NCBI RefSeq assembly: GCF_004010195.1
Contig: NC_057726.1
Coordinates: 69,479,774 to 69,543,773 of the forward strand
Source of the DNA: Chiloscyllium plagiosum
Lineage: Eukaryota
Direction of reading: 5' to 3'
Length of the DNA stretch: 64,000 bases
The notes under the pieces were generated by a model that worked only from the letters and a program-made list of their open reading frames with translations, was not told where the DNA came from and made no database searches. This document shows positions 52,401-62,194 of the stretch, piece by piece. The position numbers were made by a program, and so were the translations under genes. The first letter of the stretch is position 1; the number at the start of each line of letters is the position of its first letter.

Positions 52401-55400
52401 CTTTGTGGGCTTCCTCCCACAGTACAAAGATGTGCAGGTTAGGTGAATTGGCTATGCTAAATTGCCCGTAGTGTTGGGGGTGGGGGGTAGTGGAGGATCG
52501 CTTGTGGACTTGTTGGGCTGAAGGGCCTGTTTCCACACAGTAGGTAATCTAATCTTGTCCTGATTTGAAGTTTATCTCTTACATTGCTAATATGATAAAT
52601 CTCCAGGCTAATTTGAACAATACAGCTGCAGAACAATTAATTTTATATGTGAAATATTTTGAAAGTGTCATAATCTACATATAATTTGTGGAGTTATCAG
52701 ATCTTAAAGTCACCTGCACAATCAATACATCCATCACAAAATATTGTTCTTGAAGGGATTTTAATAATTAATTGATTTCATCTGAATGCATTAGATTGGA
52801 AATTTGAAAGATGTTTCTTTCTTTAGGTAGAGGACAATTAGCCCAGATAAAATGATTTTTCAAAAAAAAAAATCAGCATCAAAATGACAGTCATGTTAAT
52901 TAACAACAAGTAAAAAAAGTAGGAGCATTATGTGCATTACCATGAATACAATAAAGTTGAAGGTAAAATCATAGTGAAATTATAGTTGTGGTATGTAAGG
53001 AGTATTTTTAATCATGGTATGATAACCATCCTTTTGCATTGAAGGATAATAATCAAATACCAACATTGAACTGTAATTCCAAGGTGTAAAGATACTTTTC
53101 AGATATGCAAATACCAAAAAAGAGACTTGCCCATAGATTTTTGTATTTACGTACAGTAAAATGCCAATAAATGTCTAATTAAGAAAATACATGGTTATAA
53201 TTATTGCCAAAGATGAATGGTTAAAGTCAATCTTCATAGTTAGAAGTAAGGAGAAAGTGAGGACTGCAGATGCTGGAGATCAGAGCTGAAAAATGTGTTG
53301 CTGGAAAAGTTGCTGGAAAAGCGCAACACGTCAGGCAGCATCCAAGGAGCAGGAGAATCGACGTTTCGGGCATAAGCCCTTCTTCAGGTTAGAAGTAAGC
53401 TAAAACATAGGTTAAAGAGCATAAGTAAGCTACTATAGTAAGAAACCCTCTCGCAAAATCTACAATTCAGAGAATTCGGAAGTAGCTGAAGAAGGAAGTC
53501 TTGATTGAGAGGCAAACAACTATAAATGTTTCCGTAAAGATGTTTTTAAAGTCACAGATCCATGGGCAGTTAGATAATGAATGATTTTCTGACCGTATTT
53601 TTGATGCAGACATACATGCTGCATTGGACACCATAGTTTTCACTAGACATTCAGAAATTTCCAACGATAAAAAAAAGAAACCGAAAAATCATAATCTGTT
53701 GCGAGCTAGTTTCATATCACACAGTGTTACCTACACCACTTGCTCCAAGCCTACTTTTCTTATGCAGGTCAGAAATGTGTAATTGCAAGGATTTAAAAAA
53801 AATTGACATACGGTTAAATGTTTTAAAAATGACGGGAAGCCATGGACAGCTTTGAAAGGAGGCGCTTGCCATTCAATAGCATGTTTGTTAGCATCCTGTA
53901 AAAATAAATCATAAATAAAGGCTCACCTTTCCGATTTGAGACAAAGAAAGTGCTGCGGACTGGAATCGGAAGCGTGCGGTGAGTGACCTGACAGGTAATA
54001 TTGTGGGCAGCACGGGTGACTTCCATGTAGCTGGTAAATTCATAAAGTCCGTTGGAATTCAAGTGCTTCAGAGCCGTTATCCCCTTGGTAACATGAAGGC
54101 CATCCTTGTACCAAGTTAGATTAATACTGTCTGGGTAAAAAGCAGCCGTTTTGCACAAGACAATTAAAGTTCCGGGAACACTGTTCTCAGGTGATTTGGA
54201 GATAATTTTCAATGGAATTGGAGGAACTGCAAAATAAAAACCGCAAAAGAAAATAACATCAGAAGCAGCCATCTGGCAATGTCCAGACGTTTCTTTTCAC
54301 AGTGAAACACTGTAAAGACTGGGCGCTGGTAATTCAGTTGCACATGCGACGGCTCTCCCTGATAATCTGCATCGGGGTTGGCTTTAAATTAACCGTAAAT
54401 TTGGACTAAACCCCTCACAGAATAACTGAGAAAAAATGATTAAGTCAGTGACCGTGCATCTCTTGAAAGCAATTAGGTTACCGTGGAAAATAACAGCCTC
54501 GAGTCTAAGCCACGAAATATTTACTTGCCCATTTATGTATTAAATCAGATTTAGGAAACAAGGCAGAATTAAGGGAAAAAGTAACGGAGGGCGGAAATGC
54601 AAATAACACGATTTGCATTGTTTTATTATTTTTGATAAAATAAGAATAATGAAATACTGAAGGAATGAGCCCCAATGTTATGTTTTTCTGTGCACCAGAA
54701 GGTGTCTGGTAAAACGGCTCTCAGTGCTGCCTCACACAGAGGCCTGGGTTGCATTCCGGCCATGTGTGTCTCTAAGGAGTTTGCACATTCTCCCCACATG
54801 GAGTCCCTCCAGCTGCTCGGTTTCCTCCCCAGTCCAAAGACGTGCAGATTCGGCGGACTGGCCAGTGACCTGCAGGATGGTTGGATTAGCCATGGTAAAA
54901 ACGTAAGGGTTGGGGATGGGTCTTTGTAGGGACGCTCATTGGAAGGTGGGTACAGACGCGATGGGCTAAATAGCCTGCACGGTAGGTATTCCATGATTCT
55001 AAAACTCATCACAAGGCAGACACCAGCCTTACACTGAAATATCAAATCCTGATTGTAGTTGAGCGAGTTTAGTGGGCAACTTTGAGGTCACTACAACAAC
55101 AAATAAACAAATACCGCCCCCCGAATTATTTAAATGGCAAGTGTCTCGATGAGGGGATGTGAATTGTGAGATCGAATCCTTGATTCCTCATTTCATCTCC
55201 ATGTGCCGATTTTATAAATTATTCTCCAATATCCAAAACCTGGTGTTACCGTGCATCATAATCATCATCTGCACAGCGAAACCCAACTCGAAATGGTAAA
55301 GATTCATAGGAGCCTTCTGGATTGATAAAGAGAGACACAAATTAATGTTTTGCTTCAATACACTGGGAATACCATTTCCAAAGGTTGGTGAAAGTAATAT

Positions 55401-56499
55401 TCGATTTTCACCGGACACATTACTATAGATGCTTGGTTCAGGAATAATATTTTATACTTAATTAGATATTTCTTCACATTCGAATCTCAGTTGGATAGTG
55501 CTTTTTATGAAGCATTAAGAGAGCAATTTCTGTGAATTCACATCTATCCCTCAGCAAGGTCTTGAGCGATAGTGGAAAAGGGGTGAAAACAGTTGCTCAT
55601 TATCCAACATTTCTCGTGGTACATTCGTGTTTTTGAGTGGAAATATATATCAGAAGGACACTTTCAATTTGTGATAACAGTGTCTACAATTTAAAGTAAT
55701 TGCAGGGTTTATCGCAAGCGCTTCATCAATTGGGAGATGAAAGGGGTTACATTTCAGTTCTCGGTCAGTTTCTAGGTCAGTCAAAACGGTGTTTAATTTA
55801 AGAGATTATATCAGACGAATCTCCTGTTACACGTTTCTTGTGTGTCCTTTCTGTTATTCAGTGCATCATTTTCAATGACAGTGGATTTATTCAATATTTT
55901 TCAGACCGGAAAGCAGACGCCAATGTTCATGGATCATCTCATTTAAAATAAACGCTTAGTATTGTGTGCTGTTGATATCATGTGAAATAATTTGCTATAC
56001 ATTGTACTTACCATAGATAACAAGCCTTGACCCAGTTCCATTTACAATGGGGCCATCCGGATGTTTTACTCCACAGTAATAGACTCCAGAGTCATCGGCC
56101 TTGACGTTTAAGAGTTGCAGAGAGGCTTCACCTTTCTTCAAAGGGAGAAATCGTTTCCTGCCGTCAGATCCTGACTGCAGAAGTTCGGTATCGCCGAGTT
56201 TCCACCAACTGATAGTCACATTGGATTGATCGCGAAAAAGAGGGAATGCGCAGTAAAAGGTAAAGCTTTCACCTTCGACAGCGTATGCACTTTCGGGGGT
56301 TTGAGACACTTTCATCTGACCATTTGCGACAGCTGTTTGGAACAAAATGGAAACGCCAAATCGGTATATTACATAGCACCAAAGGCAAGGTTGAAATGAG
56401 AAAGGACAAATCTCCAGCGGGAGAGAATGAGAAATGTATACCTGCAGAAATAATGACAAAAATATTTACAACTGGAGACAACACAATGCCGGATACCAT
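49397..56499 (-). CDS. Gene 1: non-rearranging VJ-C1-TM Ig-superfamily receptor (spliced model 56499-56442, 56332-56012, 54226-53927, 51899-51792, 49425-49397; about 271 aa)
   Basis: Manual splicing gives one open frame with GT-AG, phase-1 introns throughout. The domains are leader, V with J-like strand, C1, TM and short tail. The exact orthologue is not recognised; SIRP, NKp30, PRARP and light-chain-like proteins are all candidates. Confidence 0.8.
49830..51495 (+). mobile_element. Decayed CR1 fragments in gene 1 intron
   Basis: LFTQRVVRLWIELP and other RT remnants. Confidence 0.8.
51792..51899 (-). CDS. Gene 1 transmembrane exon (VHRFNIPLIPQFILGFFMILALTLIIADYAKHLKVK)
   Basis: Acceptor tattttag, donor AAG|GTAATG, 108 nt phase 1-1 and in frame with C1. 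A hydrophobic stretch is followed by basic residues. Confidence 0.75.
52289..52555 (+). mobile_element. HE1-type V-SINE
   Basis: Head, core and tail. Confidence 0.8.
53250..53388 (-). mobile_element. PLE-derived element with intact minimal hammerhead core (53358-53388) and direct repeat gttagaagtaag
   Basis: CUGAAGA-A-GGGC UUAU GCCC-GAAA-CG-UC. Confidence 0.75.
53927..54226 (-). CDS. Gene 1 C1-set Ig domain exon
   Basis: Acceptor ttttattttgcag, donor G|GTGAGC, 300 nt. Translation: LIVLCKTAAFYPDSINLTWYKDG..GLYEFTSYM..ITCQVTH, with the C1 hallmarks FYP and CxVxH. Confidence 0.93.
56012..56332 (-). CDS. Gene 1 V-set domain exon with germline-joined J-like G strand
   Basis: Acceptor ttttgttccaaacag, donor G|GTAAGT, 321 nt. 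Translation: KVSQTP..FTFYC..ISWWK..ASLQLLNVKADDSGVYYC..NGTGSRLVIY. Confidence 0.93.
56442..56499 (-). CDS. Gene 1 leader exon (MVSGIVLSPVVNIFVIISA)
   Basis: Kozak-like acaATGg, hydrophobic 19 aa, phase-1 donor CAG|GTATAC and a 109-nt intron before the V exon, like an Ig/TCR split leader. Confidence 0.65.
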
Positions 56500-56734
56500 T
56501 GTGAACAATCAAAATATCAAATCTCAGTCAGGAACGACAGAGCGGATCTTGCTTGGAAATATCACATGGAAGGAACTGCCCAAAGTGATTTCATCTGCTG
56601 GATGTCAACTCGAGACAAAAATTACCAATGGCGGGATGGCAAACCCATCTCAACGTACATCGTCAGCATATTTGAATAATGCATGCATTGAGGCCAAGCT
56701 TTGTTATTGCATTGATCAATCTGACTTCCGACCT

Positions 56735-57832
56735 AGAGTCATAGAGATGTGCTGCACGGAGACAGTTCAACTGGCAATGGGGTACATTTAGGGGTATGCG
56801 TGGGTTGCGCTTCGGCGGGGCAGTGTGGACTTGTTGGGCCGAAGGGCCTGTTTTCACACTGTAAGTAATCTAATCTAATCTAATCTAATCTAATCTAAAC
56901 TGACTATGCCGACCAGATATCCGAAATTCATCCAGTCCCATTGGCCCAGTAGACAGTTCCTATTCATATAGCTGTCCAGATGCCTTTCAAGTGTTACAGT
57001 TGTGCCAACCTCCACCACTTCCATGGCAGTGTATTCCATACATGTACCACCCTCTACATTAAAACGTTGCCCCTTAGGTCCTATTTAAATCTTTCCTCTC
57101 TCACCTTAAACCTATGCCCTCTAGTTTTGGACTCCCCCATTTTAGGGAATAGGCCTTGCCTATTTACTCTATCCTTACCCCTCATGGTTTTGTAAACTTC
57201 TGTAAGGTGCCCCTCAGTCTCCAATGCTCCACTGAAAACAGCCCCAGCTTATTCAGCCTCTTCCAATAGCTCAAACTCTCTAACCTTGGCAACACTCTTT
57301 AAATCTTTTCTGAACCCTTTAGAGTTTCACAACATCCTTCCTATAGCAGGGAGACCAGAATTACACAGTATTCAAAAAGTGGCCCAACCAATGTCCTGCA
57401 CAGCTGCAACATGACCTTCCAACTCCTATACTCAATGCTGTGACCAGTAAAGGTGAGCATTCGAAACACCTTCTTCACTATCCTATCTGCCTGCGACTCC
57501 ACTTTCAAGGATCTATGAATCTGCACTCCAAGGTCTCTCTGTTCAGTAGGATCTGTCGTTAGGTGTATAAGTCCTGTCTTGATTTGCCTTTTCAAAATGC
57601 AGCACCTTACATTGATCTCAATTAAACTCCATCGGCCAGTCCTCGGCCCATTGGCCCATCTGATCAAGATCCTGCTGTCCTCTAATGTAACCTTCTTCAT
57701 TGTTCAGAACACCTCCAATTATGGTGTAGTCTGCAAACTTACTAACTGAACCTCCTATGATCACATCCAAATCATTTATATGAATGACAAAAAGCAGTGA
57801 ACCCAGTACCGATCCTGTGGCACATTGCTGGT
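56735..57832 (-). mobile_element. CR1 3' portion with nested plus-strand SINE tail (56775-56897), about 240 bp upstream of the gene 1 ATG
   Basis: RDLGVQIH, FEYCV and (TAATC)n. Confidence 0.88.
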
Positions 57833-58216
57833 TGAATAATTAAAGGTATTGTCTTAATGTCACACGTGGTTTCATCACAGGCCTAACATTCTTTTGGAAA
57901 TTAATGGCACTTTATAAGAATTTAAATATTCTTCATCTTTATCCTCGGTGATGGGTAATAAAGTGTGGTAGTATAGCAAATATACTGAGCTTTCAGGCAA
58001 CAAATCGTATATAGAAAAATGATCTATATAATACAGTAACAAAACAGCTGGCTGGTCATTAGCAAGATGACTATGAGGTGAAGAGACTTTCTGTCTCTTC
58101 ATAAGTTTATAAAATCCTCCTGAGATAAAAATTGACGGCAAGATCTTTTGCTTGTGTTAAAAAAATGAAAGAAGATAAAGTTGCTAAGCTGATGGACAAA
58201 TGATAATGAAAAATAA

Positions 58217-58382
58217 GGAAATTCCCAAACCCTGAAATAATATTTTGCAATTGCCGTTATGGTCAATGGTATTAAAACGAATCCCAAGAATAATAAAAAT
58301 CAAGTGTCAAAAGTCCGAGGGAACTTTGAGCAATCACTATCACTGAATTTAAAGCAAACATTACACTTCCTAGTGAAAGTGA
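58217..58382. promoter_or_regulatory. Candidate immune-type motif cluster upstream of gene 1 (NF-kB, ETS, IRF-like)
   Basis: GGAAATTCCC at 58217-58226, CACTTCC at 58364-58370 and GAAAGTGA at 58375-58382. Motif matches only. Confidence 0.3.
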
Positions 58383-59559
58383 GGATGAAAGGTCCCTTAA
58401 ACCAATCCTTGAATCATATTGGAAATGATTACAGAAATAGAGGAGGCATGGGTTGCAATATTTAAAAATATGCTATTTTCTGGAAAGGATCCAATAAATT
58501 GGAACACAACAGATTAGATGGAAAGGAAGGAGACAACCATGAGGAAGCTATAGATCCCCAAGTCCGAGGTCTCTCAGTGGGAATATATTATAGTCCATTT
58601 TTAAAGTAGCAGCAGCAGGACATTTAGAAAACCATAGCATGATTATATAAAAGTGAGGAATGTATTGGAGTAGGTGAGGGAAGTATTGGAGCCAATGTAC
58701 TCAAAAGGTCTTTTTTCCTGTTCTGTCATAACTTTATGATTCCATGAAATCGAGTAGGAATGCTGGCATGTAAAGGAAATAGTGTGAAATAGACACTATT
58801 TGTGTGAAAAGCAACAATGTGAACAGGGGGAGACTGTCAAGACAGCGAACTTGGACTTTGAAAGATAATCAGTGTAATGCGTCAGATTAAAAAAAAATTA
58901 GCAAAGTACATCATTGCATTGATAGGGGATTGACTAACAGGAAGCAGAGTGTTATTTTGCGGCTTGACATTAACATCTGAGATGTCAAAAGGTTAAAGGC
59001 TTAAATTATTTAGAATAAATAATACTGTATTAAGTGAATGGCAAGTTTATTTTTATCAGAATTTGTTGTTGCACAGTCACAGATACAAAAATAATTTGTG
59101 AGAAGAATGCAAACCCCTAACAAAATATTAGACCAAGAAGTGAATGAGTCAAAAATGGCAGAAGGAGCATAATACGATAAATTGTGGAGTTGACCACATT
59201 AGTGAGGACAACAGAAAAACAGATTAGTTAAATGGACAGAGGTTGCTGAGTGCTGATGTGGTCCTATTACTCATGTGTTGAATTGCAAAAGGTTGGCATG
59301 ACAAATAGTGTAATTAAAGACTCGATTGGCACATTAGCATTCAAAGGTGAATAGAAATATCCAGAAGAACTATTAGAAAGGCTTAGAACATTAGACTGAA
59401 CACTTCTAGGCTAATATGTACAAATTTCCCACTAATATTTGAGGAGGAACAGTAGCAATAGTTCAGAGAAATTTAACTCAGTTGAGTCATGAGGTGCACA
59501 TTTAGTCATTTAAGGAAGATTTGATTATGTTGGGCTAATGCTCATAGAAATGCCATGAA

Positions 59560-60690
59560 CTTAGACTACCATTTTTATAAGAGCTCCAAATACCATAGTT
59601 ACCTTGACTTCACCTTGTCACATCCTTCTTTCATCCTGTTCTCCGAGTTTCTTCATCTCTGTAGCATCTGTTTCAATGATGCCACCTTCCACTGGGCTGC
59701 CTCCTTTATGCCCTCCCTTTACATCAGCCATGGATTCACCCACCCCATTGTGATTGACATATCCTTTCAGCTGGTCAGAACTACCTCCCAACACTGCTGC
59801 CTTCACTCATTGCCCACCTCCCTGAGCAATGATAGGATTCCCCTCATGTCCTCACCTCCCAGCCCACTATTCTCTGCTTTCAAATGATTATTTCCAACAC
59901 TTCTAGCAGTATGCCACCATTGTGGGCGGCACGGTGGCACAGTGGTTAGCACTGCTGCCTCGCAGCGCCAGAGACCCGGGTTCATTTCCCGCCTCAGGTG
60001 ACTGACTGTGTGGAGTTTGCACATTCTCCCCGTGTCTGCGTGGGTTTCCTCCGGGTGCTCCGGTTTCCTCCCACAGTCCAAAGATGTGCAGGTCAGGTGA
60101 ATTGGCCATGTTAAATTGTCCGTAGTGTTAGGTAAGGGGTAAATGTAGGGGTATGGGTGGGTTGCGCTTCGGCGGGTCGGTGTGGACTTGTTGGGCCGAA
60201 GGGCCTGTTTCCACACTGTAAAGTAATCTAATCTAATCTAATCTAATCAAACAAACCTTCATTTCCTCTCTCTTGTCAGCAATCCACAGGGACTGTTCCA
60301 TGCTTGGCACCCCAGTCCACTCCTTTCACCACTCCTAGTGCTTCCTCACTCCCTCATGGCACACTCCTAGATAATTGCAGAAGGTGTTGCACTTTCCCAT
60401 TGACTTCTATTATCCCGAGTCTCCAAGGCACTAAATGCACCTGATAGGTGAATCAATATTTTACTTGCTTTTCTTTCAATCTAGTCTACTGCATTTCCTG
60501 CTCACTTCTTTACCTGGAACTCCCAGTTGCTTGCTATTTCAATAAACCACCTCAGTCACATGGTAACATTTAGTACTGTCCCAGGTGCAACATTCCAATG
60601 AAGTACAATGGAAGCTCAATGAACAGCATCCCATTTTTCACTTTGCCACTTGACAGCCTTGACTTCTCAATATTGACTTCAATAAGATCT
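59560..60690 (+). mobile_element. Decayed Penelope-like element 3' fragment
   Basis: HSYLDFTLSHP..FSEFLHLCSICFND; remnant FNLVYCISC. Confidence 0.7.
59922..60248 (+). mobile_element. HE1-type V-SINE, full length and young
   Basis: tRNA-like head (TGGCACAGTGG, GGTTCATTTCC), V core and (TAATC)n. Confidence 0.95.
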
Positions 60691-62194
60691 GAAACTGATC
60701 TGTCATCTATTTTCATTACATTCTCTCACCTCCCCCATCTTACACACCTTATTTGAGTCTGGTTTACTTTGCCCTTATTATAAACGACCTGCTTCCTCTC
60801 TTTCGCACTTAAACTTACCCATTTTGCAACACTTTCCCTCCTCCAATGTTAAAGCCTCCTTTCTATTTTATATTGAACCTCTACCTCTGGCAACAGTATA
60901 ACAAAAGTCCATTTTCCTTTCAGTTCTGAAGAAGAGTCATGTCAGACTCGACAGGTTAACTCTGCTTCTGTCTCCATGATTGCTGCTAGACCTACTGCGT
61001 TTCTCCAGCATTCTCTGAGTTTCTATCAGATTCCCAGAAACCTCAGATATTTACCTTTCTTTCACCATTTTGAATGGCATGACTGTGGGAGAGCTGACCA
61101 GTTTCTGTTATGATATCAGAACATCACACTATGATAAAGCTTGATTCGGGACTAGCATATTCTAATTTAACATTAGAAAGAAATGTCATATCCAGGTATT
61201 TACTTGGAGATGAAGACTCAACATTTCATGATTTTGAAACAAAAAGACAGTACTTTACTGTACAAGTTGGAACAGTAATGCAATCTACAGGACATGTATA
61301 ACATATTACTAACAGCAGGAATTAGCATATGATAAATATAATGTAATACCTGTTATATCACCCCAAGGAATACATTAAATGTTAAATGAGACCTGGACGG
61401 GCACTGTGGATTTCTCAGTATTTCCTCTCAGATGCTGAAGCATAATGGGATATTATATTTCATTGTATTTCATATTGGACTGCAAGTCTTTACTTGTATG
61501 AACTACTGTTGAAACCATTTCTCACAGTTTGCCCCACTAAACTCTGCTTCAAGTATTGCTCTTGTTTTGGTTGTTTGACCTCCTGTCCTGAGTTCACGAT
61601 CCAATGGATTCTGAAAAACACTCTGGAGTACCCCTTCACCTGGAATGAGTGAATTGCCTTTTGAGGAAAGGCTACACAGGCAAGGCTATTTTCCTCTGGA
61701 ATTTAGAATAATCAGAGGTGAATTAACTGAAGCATACAAGATCCTGAGAGGCTTGACTGGGTGGATATTGAAAGGATGTTTTCTACTGTGGGTGGATCTC
61801 GAATTAGTGGTCATAATTAGAAAATAAGGGGGCGTTCATTTAAAACAGAAATGGTTTGTGAGTATTTGGAATTCCAATCATCAAAAGGAAGTGGATGCAG
61901 AATCTTTAAATATTTTTAAGCAGAGGTAGATAGATCCTTGATTATTAAGAGACCATGCATGAATGTAGAGTTGAGGCTAAAATCAGGTCAGACTATTGTT
62001 GTTACTGTTCATGTATTCATATGCTCACTGGCACAACTCCAGTAGGTGTACCCTAAAATATATCTGGATGGATATATGAATAGGAAGGGTTCAGAGGGAT
62101 GTGGGTCAAGTGCTGGCAAAAAGGACTAGATAGTTTAGGATATCTGGTCAGCATTGATGAGTTCGACCAAAGGGTCTGTTTCCATGCTGTACTT

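Noticed and set aside
54296-54315. CACAGTG-aaa-CACTGT in the gene 1 V-C1 intron (also CACAGTG near 53720) as recombination signal sequences
   Set aside because: No nonamer at 12 or 23 bp, not adjacent to a coding end, and the wrong order for a signal joint.
56072-56078. TACTGTG cryptic heptamer within the YYC codons
   Set aside because: Explained by Tyr-Cys-Gly codons; no supporting nonamer or donor segments seen.
42094-56499. Rearranging Ig light chain or TCR locus
   Set aside because: V and J-like strands are in one exon, F/W-GxG is absent, there are no RSS, no interchain Cys and no charged TCR-type TM residue.
56285-56791. 168-aa plus-strand ORF antisense to the gene 1 leader and V
   Set aside because: No recognisable domain; runs into a CR1 tail; likely a shadow ORF.
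59922-60000. tRNA gene
   Set aside because: A/B-box head of an HE1 SINE followed by V core and LINE-derived tail.
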